Shown: positions 11,066 through 23,315 of the stretch, piece by piece
Position numbering within the stretch: position 1 is the stretch's first letter
How the letters are laid out: every line of letters begins with the position of its first letter
From: Mesotaenium endlicherianum
Lineage: Eukaryota
Assembly: GCA_009602735.1 (NCBI GenBank)
Contig: WELA01001245.1
Location: 1 to 50,540 of the forward strand
Direction: 5' to 3'
DNA: 50,540 nucleotides
Translations under genes and position numbers: made by a program
The notes under the pieces: generated by a model
The model's input: the letters and a program-made list of their open reading frames with translations, nothing else
Database searches by the model: none
Told to the model about the DNA's origin: nothing

Positions 11066-11201
11066 AATTAAAACATTTGACGCGTGACTATCGTTTGGCT
11101 ATAAAGCCACATGTATTATAGACCTCATTGCAGCAAAGCCTGCTCGCACATTATGCATTGCTTGTGTCGTTGATACGCACCCGACCTCCTACCGCACGAC
11201 A
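11066..11201 (+). repeat. Family C terminal repeat B1 (136 bp)
   Basis: AATTAAAACATTTGAC...CCGCACGACA, near-identical to 12195-12330. Confidence 0.92.
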
Positions 11202-11203
11202 AC

Positions 11204-12194
11204 TGTCATGATTTATTAAGTCGAGGTTGACGTACAAAACCAAGCTCTACGTGTGTGAACCATCAACCTAGGAAGACCAACTTTGCATCGACTTTACACA
11301 TCCATATGTTGACCCTCTCTAGATTTCCGAGTCACCAAAGTGTAGCGCGTCGAAGCATCTTCCGAATGGCACCGGTTTCGCGTCATTTGGTTAATTATCG
11401 AGCGAGATAGACGCGATCTAGTCCGCACTCCTTTCGGCACCTAGCGGAATCACACCAAACGGCCAACTTGTGACTCAATGCACCCAAAGGTGACAATGTT
11501 GACTATTCGTGACCCCAAGGACCCCTAGCTTTGTGCGCACAAATCCGCGAGCCCTTTAGACTACATAAGTCTTGCATTTCCATAGTATAAGTGCATCATT
11601 GAGGCTATAACGTGGTGACTGCATCACCTACTCCTAGAGGAAGCTTCCTCAAGTTTCAGATTCACTTTTGAGGCGCTATCTAGGTAGAACTACCCAAGGT
11701 AAGCTCCACCAATGAGAGACACTTAGCATATTCTACGTGCTTTGCTTTGATTGGTTTGAGTTATGTTTAGCCTATAGGAGTGCTAGTACATGCCTTGTAC
11801 ACATTAGTGGACATAGGAGAGCCTCCTAGAGTGACTACATGCATTGGATCCGCCGCATACGACGCCGGGTTTTTAGGAGTATATGTGCTAGAGATGTCCT
11901 TAGAGGAACATCTTTTTAGAAGTCCCTTTATGCCAGTTGTAAGCCACAAAAATTATCAGTAGAGCTTACACTTTTATCTCTTGTGTTTTCAGGACCACTT
12001 AGTCTCTCTCTCTTGTGAAGAGCAAGCCTTGCTGGCTTCCACTCACTAGAAGAACTTCACAAGTGGTGAGCAAAGTCACAGCTTATATCCCCTGCCATAG
12101 GACTACTCTTGAAGATCATGATGTGCTTCTAGTGATCTTTTGGGCCAGACTTCATTAGTTGTTTCCCTACCAGATTACAATCTTGAGGTGCTCA
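11204..12194 (+). repeat. Family C terminal repeat A2 (991 bp)
   Basis: TGTCATGATTTATTAAG...GAGGTGCTCA, separated from B1 by the dinucleotide AC. Confidence 0.92.
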
Positions 12195-12330
12195 AATTAA
12201 GACATTTGACGCGTGACTATCGTTTGGCTATAAAGCCACATGTATTATAGACTTCATTGCAGCAAAGCCTGCTTGCACATTATGCATTGCTTGTGTTGTT
12301 GATACGCACCCGACCTCCTACCGCACGACA
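12195..12330 (+). repeat. Family C terminal repeat B2 (136 bp)
   Basis: AATTAAGACATTTGAC...CCGCACGACA, followed by TSD TCCA. Confidence 0.92.
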
Positions 12331-12650
12331 TCCACACTGATGCCTTCCTCACTTACAACGTGGCAATACTTTTAAAAAAAAAAATCACACTTGCTCATTT
12401 TAGCATATAACTGAGCCCACCACTCGGAAGGAGAATAGGTACCAGCACATCAATAAATCACTTGACTCACCCTGCACACACATTCATTTGTTTATTCTCA
12501 TCGCAAGGCAGCTCCGTTAACTCCTAGTAATCACCTTGTAAGGTAAAAGGGAACGCACCTATCATATCGATACAAACTTACTTCTCTTTCTGCAACTCCT
12601 GCGACAAGGATTGAGATCCTACTTACTTGTGCCCTGGTTACATGTGCAGG

Positions 12651-14331
12651 ATGGCTCCCACCACACAAAAGGAAGACAGAAAGCGCAAGGCAGAAGACGC
12701 CAGGAGGACCATGGAGCAATACCGGAAAGAGCTGGCGGCGACGTCCCTCACCAGGAGAGAACAAGAAAGGGTCCGCAGACAACAAGAGGCGGCAGAAGAA
12801 GCACAGAGGAAGAAGGAGCAGGAGGCGGAAAATCTCAGGAAAGCTGAGGAGGAGAGACACAGAAAACAACAAGAAGAAGCGGCGGCAGCAGAGGAGGAGA
12901 GAAGAAAGAAGGCTGAAGCTGAGGAGCAGAAGAGCCTGGCCACTTACATATATATTGTGGTGGGTGGCCAAACCATTGATAACCTGAAGGAGGGCATTAC
13001 TGGCTGCCCAGGAGATCAACAAGGTGGAACAGAAAACAATGTTACAGAGATAAGAATCTGAAGCTTTGGATAAGTACATTGAGACACACACTGGTGTGGT
13101 CCTCTACAAAGATTATGCCAAAGTGGTGGGGTATACAACAAAGCAGACACGGTTTCTTGCAGATGACTCGGAAGATAAGCCAGTACCAGTGCCTGTCATA
13201 GTGGGGAATCAGAGACTCATCAAAATGGTCAGCATGCAGCCTGATAGCTCTAAGGATGCAGTATTTTACCTGACGCTACTGCCAGCCTACAATGAAGTTG
13301 GTAGGAGGAGCTGGGAGTACTTGGCCAGGGAAACAGGGCAGCAGATTTTCTCCCCCCACTGGTTTCCTTGTAAGCTGAAAAAGGCTGAGCACGGGCCACA
13401 GTACTACCAGCAGCCCACAGACTGGAGGTGGATGACCGTTACTAACAGAAAGTAGGAGTGTGACCGGGCCCACCCAGATGACTTCCACTATGGGCTAGAC
13501 GGCTACCTCATCCTACCACCTCACATTGCCCCTTGGGACCCCAAGCTTAATGGATGCCTGAGTAATATGAATGCTGAGACCAAGGAGCACAAGAGGAGGG
13601 GAAGAGACCATTTCTCTAAGGGGAAGCATGCCTTTGTCAAATGGGCGAAGAATGCAGGCAGGATAGATATCTGCAGGCTGAAGGCCAAGCAACCTCCAGC
13701 TCGTCCTAAGAAAGGGCAATCAGTAGGTTTTTCCATGTCTATCACGGAGCAGGATGACTTAGTGGACGAGACCCCTACCCTTTCAGAGGAGGAAGATGAA
13801 GAGGATGAGGAAGAGGAACAGGGCAGAGGAGAAGCATCAGGAGCTGGTACTTAGAAGATCCTGGGGTAGTCAGAAGCAGGGACTCCTAGGGCGCCAAAAT
13901 CAGGTATATGGAATGTGATCCCTACTATGGAGGCATCAGAAATCCGCACTCGTTCTCCCAGCCCACCTGCCCAAGCAGGGGAAGAAGTCGATCTGACTGT
14001 TCGTGGCAGCGGATAAAGGCAGAAATTTCAAGAGGACAAGGGTATCAGAAGAACAACACGCGGAGTAGCCAGAGGTATGCTGGCCATCCCCTTCAGTCAG
14101 GGACATGTACCTCTTGCCAATGTATTTCAGCATTCTATTAGAATGTCGGTTTATGTGGGCGTTAACACCCAGGTGGTTGAAGAGCAGGCTACCATCCTTC
14201 GTTCTCCTCAAGGCCCAACTTTAGAACTAACAGGGTTCTTTAGAAGGCCAGCTAACAGACCTAGAGGGTTGTCCAAATCTAGGTCCAGATCTCAGTCTCC
14301 TGATCCTGGAGCCCCAGGAACAACCCCCTAA
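12651..14331 (+). pseudogene. Family A extra ORF (ORF3) of unknown function, disrupted
   Basis: ORF pieces 12627-13061, 13066-13455, 13567-13854 and 14077-14331 align motif by motif with the minus-strand copies at 19184-20868 and 23316-24503. Lies upstream of PPT 14551-14563 and the LTR at 14564. Confidence 0.75.
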
Positions 14332-14563
14332 ACATCAAAACCATCCTCCAGTCAAGCCTTGCTGGAGGTCTCTTTGTTTGCACCCCACAACGGAAGTGGA
14401 CTGAGGGTGGAGGTGACAGTTCCCTGTCACTAGTGATCCCCACAGCTAGGCAACAGTGTTGAAACAAGAGACAGGCGGTGGAGGGTCAGTTCTGTTAGTT
14501 CCCAAACCAGATGATTCTACAATTTAATGTTGTCGAGTCGACAACAATTTAAGTTGGGGGGAT

Positions 14564-16112
14564 TGTAATGAATCAGTATATTGGTAGTTATAGTATTCAT
14601 TTATGTATAATAGTTAATTAAGTTCAGCCTGCTGAACTTCAGTCAATATTCAGTCTGCTGGACTTCAAATACTTGTCATGATTTATTGAGTTGAAGTCAT
14701 TGCACGTACCCGAGCTACAAGCGTGTGAGCAATCAACTTCGGACGGGCATTTGCCTCTTTGCATTTGTGTGATTTAGTTTATTAAGTTGCTATGCTCGCA
14801 TGCTTAGGGGATAGATGCCACGTGACAAGTCAACACTTGTCACGCGCGCCAGACCTACTAGATGCGCAAGGCACAGGTCAAGTATCTCGTCCAATACTGG
14901 ACGGTGGTACTTGACTTTCGCTCATAGCCACTACGGGCCACTAGGACCCAAGTAACAACCGTTACTTAGGCAACAACACCGAGGGGGGCCACGTGGAGCC
15001 ACCAGGAGGTGGCGGGCTCCAGCGTTTGGCCCAAACACCCCCAGCTGCTCGACACCCAAGCGACGATAGCCACTGAGGCCACGTGGCGCCACCGGAAGGT
15101 GGCGGGTACCTTCAAGTGGTCCAGGGGCACTTAATGCCCGTCACTTGGTCCCAGGCACTCCTAAGTGCACGACACTCAAGTGGCAAGGTCACCAGAGGCA
15201 CCCTGGGCCACCGACCGACAGCTGCAGCCCGTCGGTTGGCCCAAGCGCAGCTGACCAACGTGTGCTCAGCCGACAGGAACTGTCACAGCCTGCAGAATTA
15301 CCACAGTTTAGCAGGCAACCATCCGATTGCACGAACATAAGTGTGCAAGCTTATCTTACAAGCTTAGCATGTGCTAAAGTGAGCTCGACCTATTACAAGC
15401 ATTTAGCATATTCTAGCATCTCGCTTTTGATTGGATTGAGTGATAACTAGCCTATTGGAGCGCGAGCACAATAGGTACATGTGTGTGTGTGTGTAACGGT
15501 AGATCTTAGATGAAGACTACATGCATTGAATCTGCGCCTAATCTGCCGGGTTGCCAGGATTATAATTACTAGAGATGTCCCTAGATAGACATCTTTTTAA
15601 AAGTTCCATTATGCCAGTTGTAAGTCACAGAGATTGTCAGTGAAGCTTACACTTTTATCTCTTGTGATTTCAGGACCACTTAGTCTCTCTCTTGTGAGAA
15701 GCAAGCCTTGCTGGCTTCCAGTCACTTGAAGAACTTCACAAGTGGTGAGCAAAGTCACAGCTTATACCCTCTGCCATAGGACTACTCTTGAAGATCATGA
15801 TGTGCTTCCAGTGATCTTTTGGGCCAAACTTCATTAGTTGTTTTCCTACCAGATTACAGTCTTGAGGTGCTCACTCTGGAGAGTACACACTCTTTGATAA
15901 AAGTACTCAACACTTGCCTCTCTTTTTGTCGAATACGCCACATGTATTATAGCCTTTATTGCAGCAAAGCCCGTTGACTTGTTTCGTCCTGCGTATGACA
16001 CTGATGCACGCCCACGCTCTTAGCGCACGACTTACTTATCAGTTTAACGACTCAGCCGAGAGCAGCAGGCTGAAGTCAACTTAGGTCAGCTTGCTGACAC
16101 ATTCTATGTCAG
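14564..16112 (+). mobile_element. Family A 3' LTR, truncated and interrupted by a family C-like solo repeat
   Basis: TGTAATGAATC after PPT AAGTTGGGGGGAT. LTR sequence spans 14564-14673 and resumes at 16037 to ~16110. Confidence 0.85.
14674..16032 (+). mobile_element. Solo A+B terminal repeat of a family C relative (1359 bp)
   Basis: TGTCATGATTTATTGAG...GCGCACGAC(T) with 4-bp TSD TACT (14670-14673 / 16033-16036). 15400-15873 is strongly similar to A2, and 15937-16031 is similar to B. Confidence 0.85.
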
Positions 16113-16171
16113 AGAAATAAGTCTAGACACACACCGCCCGGGGGGCTATTACAACCACTACCCATCCCAAC
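16107..16171 (+). pseudogene. pol: Short family A integrase fragment
   Basis: Translates to [21 protein letters not shown], as in the pol ORF at 24454-27567. Confidence 0.75.
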
Positions 16172-16710
16172 TGAAATGAATGAACTTACCAATTGACGAT
16201 TCACAATTAATGAAGATCTCTATATCAGCAAGTAAACTTTATGGTAAAATATGTTAACTGATTAAACAGCAAAAAGACAACACACTAGCAGTGGACAATA
16301 CTCGCAAGTCAAATGCAAGTAAACTAGCATCAATATTGCAATCAGTAAACACATACATAATTAAGGCTAGAAGAGAGTGCGTATTAATAACTTCTCGCCT
16401 TGGATTCAGATATCTCTCAGTTTGCAGTACAAGAGAGTTGGCCTTGTTTCCAAATGCCGAACTTGAGAGCAATGTCTAGCATATGTACATGGAATGAGTT
16501 TACTGTTCAACGGCAAGTGCGATGGCACCGCCTACCCGGGAGTTAACCATGTTGGTAGGACCTCGGTTAACCAAATCCACCACCATCTCCCATCATCCCC
16601 AATCGCCATCCATCCCAAGGATGTCATCTAGCCATTCATCTAGCATATCACACTTAGATGCATATCTAGGCAGTTTGCTCCTACCGAGTACGGAAGTCAG
16701 CTGGTTGTCT
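16172..16710 (-). mobile_element. Truncated family A LTR
   Basis: Begins TGAAATGAATGAACTTACC on the plus strand and is homologous to 22554-23092, then switches into pol sequence. Confidence 0.85.
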
Positions 16711-17370
16711 TTCAAAACCTCCCGTGGCAACCCATCCCAGTGATAATGTTTTGCCAGCTTGCTTACATTTTTGGCCTGCCCCGAATGCCCACCCATTAAA
16801 ATGTCATGTGCTTGACTCAGTAAGAGTGACCTTATTTCCAAGTTCTTAGGAATGACCAATTTTGGTCTGCCTGAAGTGGTTTCAATTACCCAAACCCCTT
16901 CCTTTAGCCTATACCCGAGTGCAGTAGCAGGACACACACCATCAGTGGGGCTGGGCTCAAATGTTGGGTCAGAAAGGTAGGCTTTCCTAAGTTGTTCAAG
17001 GACGGACTTTTTCACCTTTAGTGAAGTGAGTGCACAAAGGACTTTATCTACAGCATGCTGACTAAAGTTCCTTTCTTGCGAGTCAGGTCTCCTAGAGAGT
17101 GCATCAGCAGGATTCAACTTCCCTGATTTGTAGTCGATCGGGACTTGGAACTGCTCCAGCATCTGGCTCCAGCGGTTCTCCCTCCTCGACAGCCTGGACT
17201 TCTTCTGAAAGTGAGTTAGAGCTAGATGATATGTAATCACCTTAAATCCTTTACCATGTAAGTATTCTCTCCACTGTTTGAGCACAAAAATGATAGCAAG
17301 CAGCTCTTTATCATGCACAGAATAGTTAATTTCAGCTGGGTTAAATTTTATAGACTCGTACAGCACAGGG
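16711..17370 (-). pseudogene. pol: Family A pol fragment (RNase H to integrase zinc-binding region)
   Basis: [31 protein letters not shown]. Confidence 0.85.
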
Positions 17371-18285
17371 TGTAACGTTTTTGCTGAGGATCTGTTCTCA
17401 ATATTCAAGGAATATTTAAATGAAGTGGAAAGAAAATCTATATAGTTGTGCAAATTGACAAATCCTCGAGAAAGCAAAAATGAAAACTAACGTAGACTGT
17501 GTGCTTGTGAGAGTTGCATCCACAATGACTCTGCAAGTATTTATACCTGCACGACGCTAGGCACTGGAGTGCTTCGAGTCACCACCTAGGGCAGTGATTC
17601 ATGTCAACAAAAACAGGCGAAGGGGTACGACCCATTTCGGCTGAATGCTCGAAACGCGCTGTTTGGCCATTTGGAGACTTTTCGACGATTTCTGAAAAAC
17701 CGTTTCGCGCCAAATGGGCGTTTTCGCGTTCTTGCGACTTTCCTAAAAGTCGCGACTGTTCGCGAAGACGCGTACAGATGCTTTTTGTAATGACCCGGTA
17801 GTTATAAAAACTACTTCGCCAATCGAGTAGGTGTGAACATTTCAAATGACAGGTCGCGGGTTCGAATCCGCTTGGATGCAAAGTCGCTTTGCATATTATG
17901 TGTCATTTGATTTTTACGACTGTTTGTTCGCATCAACGACTGGTCGTAAATCCAAAATCTGTGACTGTGCATTATCCGAAATAATGACAATCAAAATAAA
18001 TTAATCAAACAATGATTTATTAAGTTATTATCTCATGATTAATCAAAGTAAACTTATGAATAATTATGTCGTACTTTTGCGAAGTAGTCGAATTACGTTA
18101 CGACGCTTTTTGCAATAGTATCTCGGTCGTTCTGCCAATCGATCGGGAATTAATCAGCACATGCGTGTGGCAAATAATTCATTGTGATGCAATCATTTAT
18201 CAAATAATGTATGATAAATAATATAACAAAATTTAGGTAATCGAGAAAACGTCCCAAATACGCCTAAAAAGCTCGGATCGTTACA
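17371..18285. mobile_element. Family D solo LTR (915 bp)
   Basis: TGTAACG...CGTTACA with 5-bp TSD CAGGG (17366-17370 / 18286-18290). Homologous to 5622-6559. Confidence 0.92.
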
Positions 18286-18292
18286 CAGGGTG

Positions 18293-19012
18293 TGAAATGA
18301 ATCGACTTACCAAAATAGGCGATTAACAATTAATGAAGATCTTTATATCACCAAGTAATCTTTTATGGTATTTTCTGTTAATTGATTAAACAGCGAACGA
18401 CAACAAACTAGCAGTGGACAATACTCGCAAGTCAAATGGAAGTAAACTAGCATCAATAATGCAATCAGTAAACTCATACATAAGCAAGGCTAGAAGACAG
18501 TGCATATCAATGGCTTTTCGCCTTGGATTCAGATCTCTCTCCGTAAGTTGTACAAGAGAGTTGGCCTCGTTTCCGAATGCCGAACTCGAGAGCAATCTCT
18601 AGCAGATGTACATGGAATGAGTTTACTGTTCAACGGCAAGTGCGATGGCACCGCCTACCCGGGAGTTAACCACGTTGGTGGTACCTCGGTTAACCAAATC
18701 CATCGCCATCTCCCATCAACCCGAATCGCCATCCATCCTAAGGATGTCATCTGGCCAGTCATCTAGCACACCACACTTAGATGCATATCTAGGCAGTTCG
18801 CTGCTACCGAGTACAGAAGTGAGCTGGCTGTCAAAGAATGTGTCAGCAAGCTGACCTAAGTTGACCTCAGCCTGCTGCTCCCGGGTGAGTCATTAAACTG
18901 ATTATTTTATAAGTCCAGCAGAATCAATATCAACTAAAGTTCAGCAGGCTGAACTTATTTAACTATTATATTTTAATGAATATTATATATACCAATATAC
19001 TGATTCATTACA
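18293..19012 (-). repeat. Family A 3' LTR (720 bp)
   Basis: TG...CA ends, with ATCCCTCCAACTT (PPT complement) adjacent. Confidence 0.9.
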
Positions 19013-19183
19013 ATCCCTCCAACTTAACAGGTTGTCGTCTCGACAACACTAACATTGGGTATATGGTCTTCCTCAACTGAAAGTACTGATCTCCCTCCCA
19101 CCGCCTCTTGCTCCAACACTGATGCCTCACTGTGGGGATCACTAGTAACAGTGTGCTGTCCCTCCGCCCTTAGCCTACTGCCC

Positions 19184-20868
19184 TTATGAGGGAGATGTTC
19201 CTGGGGCTCTACGGTCAGGGGAGCGAGACCGGGAGCCAGACCTCCTCCTTCTGTCTTGGGGTGTCCTGAAGCCTGGGGGTTCCAAGTAGGGGGAACCAAG
19301 GGGAGAACGCAGTAACTGGGCTGTTTCCTTGTGCACAGTCTGAAAATGAAGGGAGGCAGCCTTCTCCTGGGCATCCCTCAAAATGACAGGTTCATATACT
19401 GGCATCCCAGAACGATGTTGCATGACATGAGCCAAGGGCACATGTCCTCTCTGCGAGGGAGATGCTGGCAGGCCTTTGACAATTTTCCTAGCAGCCCTCT
19501 TGTCTGCCCTGTCTGAGTGGGTCTCTGCGCCTGCAGATGGGCTCTATCCTCTGGCAGTTCCCAGCCAAGTGATATCTTCCTCTTCAGCGAGCTGGTGCAG
19601 AGTTATGTGTGTCCTAGCCAACCTAGTCTTCTCCATTGCAGGGGATGTGGCAGTTGTCTGGATCACAACGGGGCTAGTGTCCTCTTCCTCGCCTTCCTCC
19701 TCGTCTTCCTCTAACTCCTCTTCTTCTCTTGGCTCTTCTGAGACTGCTGGGGTCTCCTCTGTCAGCTGCTCTAGCTGTTCCCGAGAAAAAGAATACCCCA
19801 CTGACCTTCCCCTTTTAGGTGCTGGTGGGGGCTGTTGAGTCCTGACCGCACACAAGTCTTTCTCTCTTTGCTTGCTTGCCCACTTGGCATGAGCGTGCTT
19901 CCCTTTAGAGAATGACTCTCGGGCCCTGCTCCTGTCCTATTGCATTTCTGGACTCATGCAGTCTCTTACTCCATCCAATCTTGGGTCCCAAGCTGCAATG
20001 TGAGGGGGCAACACTATGTTCCCTCGTGGGTCTGTTAGGAAATTTTCCTCCTCTGCCCTGTCATTTTGCTGGTCCCTCATGTTAATGGTCATCCACCGCC
20101 AATCGGTGGGCTGTTGGAAGAAGGCAGGGTCTGTCCTTTTCAGCATACAAGGGTACTAATGCCCTGCCAAGTCCACCTAACCGGTTTCCCTGGCTAAGAC
20201 TTCCCAGCTCCTTCTCTCCACCTCATTATACATGGCCTTGAACCTGTTATGGGATGCAGAGTTCTTAAAGCTGTCCGCGTCCATGGGGATCATCCTGATG
20301 ACCCTATCTTTCCCCCAGATACCCGGGATCGATACAGCTCCTTCCTCATTCACTTGGGCCATTGCCTTGGCCTCTCTGACCGTATATCCTACCATCCTGG
20401 CATAATTGTGGTAGAGGGGAAGTCCTGTGCTGACCTCTATATACTTGTCAAAGTTTTCAGATGTCTCCCCTTACCTCTGCAGGATTTTCTTCTGCGACCC
20501 ACTGCGACTTCTCTGGGCATACTTGAAGGCCTCTTCCAGTAGATCAAAGCCCTTGCCTAGCTCTGTGTAGCGGTAGCTGCTGATTCTCCTCTGTTCTTCT
20601 TCTTCAGCCTGCTGCTTCTGCCTCTCTTCAGCTTGCCTCTCCTCCTCTACCTTCTTGGCCTCCTCTGCAGCTTGTTTGTCCAGTTTTCCTGCCTCAGGTT
20701 GGCCTGTTCCTCCTCCTACTTCTTCTTCTGTGCCTCCTGCTGTTGTTGGAGTCGTTGTGAATCCCGAGCGGAGATGGAGGATGATTCGATGTCGCCACGG
20801 AATTGCAAGTATTCCGCATGTGCCTCTTCCGCTCTTTTCTTCCTCTTAAGTTCCGACTTCTGAGTCAT
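19184..20868 (-). pseudogene. Family A ORF3 (~560 codons), disrupted
   Basis: E/K/Q/R-rich N-terminus (MTQKSELKRKKRAEE...), then YNEVERRSWEVLARETG, QQPTDWRWMT, LPPHIAAWDPRL, QPPPAPKRGRSVG, an acidic run and an RS-rich C-terminus. Confidence 0.75.
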
Positions 20869-21242
20869 CCTGCTCAATCATAAACACAATGCAGTCAGTG
20901 AAGTCATAGTACTTTGCCGCTACTAAGTACCCTTGGTGGAGAAGAACGTGGTAGGGAGAGTTCTAAGTGTGTAATACCTTCTGTGAGTGAGTAGGAGAGG
21001 GAAATTGAGTTAGAGAGAAAAAGTGAGTGTGAGCGCAGGTTGAGTGTGTAGAATGATTACAAAAAAATTTGCCTGGCTGATCTCGAGACGGAACACACTC
21101 CCTCCAACTTAATTTGAAGATGGGTTGCCTGTCACAACTGTCACTATCTGTCATTAACTCCCACGTTTTACTGTCACATTCCCCTCCAACTTACTTGGAG
21201 ACAGGACCTCCTGTCACATGTCCAGGGCGACTAAAATGACAG

Positions 21243-22553
21243 TTAGGGAGGTGTGCCAGCCGCCCGAAGGTGGAACCGCTTTAACGCCCCTTTGGCATTG
21301 GTCAGCTGGTCTTTAAATTTCCAAGTGTCCCGAGAGGCATCGTAACCCTTCCATCTGACCAGGTACTTCATCACATATTTAGATGATCGACGGACAGAGC
21401 GAGCGTCTAAAATCTCCTCAATTTCATATTTCTCAGGGTCACCATGCCTGACAGCGGGAACCGGTCCCGGTTGGACAGGTAATCGACCTATGAACAGTGT
21501 GTCACCTTTGATGTACGGTTCCAGGAAGGAGACATTAAAGACTGGGTGACCCTTGTATTCTGCTGACATGTTCAGTTTGTAAGCATTCTGACCGACACGG
21601 CGCACCACCGAATATGGACCGACCCAGACCGGACCAAGCTTTTTCTTGACCACACCAAGCAGGTTCAGGTGTTGAGAATGCAGCTTGACCGAATTGCCCT
21701 TAGAAAATGTCGGCTCTCGACGGTGCTGATTAGCGTATTTTTGTTGATGTTCTTGGGCTTTGTGCAGGTTTGACTGGACTTTTGACAAGGTGTTGGCAAA
21801 CTCCTGTGTTAACTGGAGAGACACGAGATTGTCAATCCCCTCAGGGTGAGTTGAAGACTCCTCTAGTGCACTTGAAGGAGACTTAGGGACTCTACCCAAA
21901 CTGAATTCAAAAGGGGTGTCTCCCGTTGACGCGTGCACCGCACTGTTGACCGCAAACAAAATTTGGGGCAACAGGTCATCCCAATTATCTTGTATTTGGT
22001 TAATATATGCTCTCAACACCTCTTGTAGAACTCGGTTAGTTCTTTCAGTCTGCCCAACAGTCTGAGGGTGGTTTGCTGTGCTGAGTAGCTGTTTGACTCC
22101 CATTAACCCCATTAAAGCTCTCTAGAACTTAGAGGTAAATTGTGAGCCAGTGTTTGAGATGATACTAGAGGGTAGCCTATGTTGGCATACTACATGATTG
22201 TAGAACTGTCTTGCTGTTTCGAATGCAGTTACTTTGACAGTTGTGGGGATGAAAATGACCATTTTTGTCAATCTATCCACTACTACCAGTATGGAATCAT
22301 GCCCATTGGAAGTTCATGGTAGTGTTACCACCCAAGTCCATGGATATTGATTCCCAGCGTCCAGCTGGGATGGGCAGTGGTTGTAAGAGACCCCCCGGTG
22401 GTGTGTGCCTTGACTTATTTCTCTGACACTGATCACAAGACTCTCGATATTTCAAGACCTCTCAAGGCAACCCATCCCAATGATAATGTTTTACCAGTTT
22501 GCCAACAGTTTGGCCTGCCCCAAATGGCCACCCAGTAAACTGTCATGCGCTTG
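21243..22553 (-). pseudogene. pol: Family A integrase core, GPY/F motif and chromodomain
   Basis: HPQTVGQTERTN, WVGPY, HPVFNVSFL, YEIEEILD...YLVRWKGY...DTW. Confidence 0.9.
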
Positions 22554-23273
22554 TGAAATGAATCGACTTACCAAATAAGCAATTAACAATTAATAAAGAT
22601 CTTTATAACAGCAAGTAATCTTTATGGTATTTTTTGTTAACTGGTTAAACGGCAAAGGACAACACACTAGCAGTGAATAATACTCGTAAGTCAAATGCGA
22701 GTAAAATAACATGAATAATGCAAATCAGTATACTCATACATAAGCAAGGTTAGAAGACAGTGCGTATCAATGGCTTCTCGCCTTGGATTCAGATCTCTCT
22801 CAGTAAGCTGTACAAGAGAGTTGGCCTCGTCTCCGAATGCCGAACTCGAGAGCGATGCCTAGCATATGTACATGGAATGAGTTTACTGTTCAACGGTCAG
22901 TGCGATGGCACCGCCTACCCGGGAGTTAACCACGTTGGTAGGACCTCGGTTAACCAGATCCACCGCCATCTCCCATCATCCCGAATAGCCATCCATCATA
23001 GGGATGTCATCTGGCCATTCATCAAGCATATCGCACTTAGATGCATATCAAGGCAGTTCGCTGCTACCGAGTACGGAAGTCAGCTGGCTGTCAAAGAATG
23101 GGTCAGCAAGCTGACTTATATGGACTTCAACCTGCTGCTTACGGCTGAGTCATTAAACTGATAATTATGTAAAGTCCAGCAGACTGACTATTAACTAAAG
23201 TTCAGCAGGCTGAACTTAATTAACTATTATATTTAAATGAATATTATATCCACTAATATACTGATTCATTACA
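22554..23273 (-). repeat. 3' LTR (720 bp)
   Basis: TG...CA ends, PPT adjacent, direct repeat of 29599-30317. Confidence 0.93.
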
Positions 23274-23315
23274 ATCCCTCCAACTTAACTTGTTGTCGCC
23301 TCGACAATACTAACA

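Larger units (their letters stand above)
2503..12330 (+). mobile_element. Family C Ty3/Gypsy-type retrotransposon carrying a C5 DNA methyltransferase and PHD finger, with split direct repeats
   Basis: Ends TGTCATG...CACGACA with 4-bp TSD TCCA (2499-2502 / 12331-12334) inside family A pol. Domain order is Gag-CCHC, DNMT, RT, RNase H, integrase, PHD. Confidence 0.9.

Noticed and set aside
2503..12330. Classification as a DIRS/Ngaro tyrosine-recombinase element or as a bacterial restriction-modification locus
   Set aside because: RT, RNase H and HHCC-DDE integrase are Gypsy-type, a TSD is present, and no recombinase or endonuclease ORF is seen.
12651..14331. ORF3 as an env gene (endogenous retrovirus-like)
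   Set aside because: The position fits, but there is no signal peptide or transmembrane stretch and the protein is highly charged.
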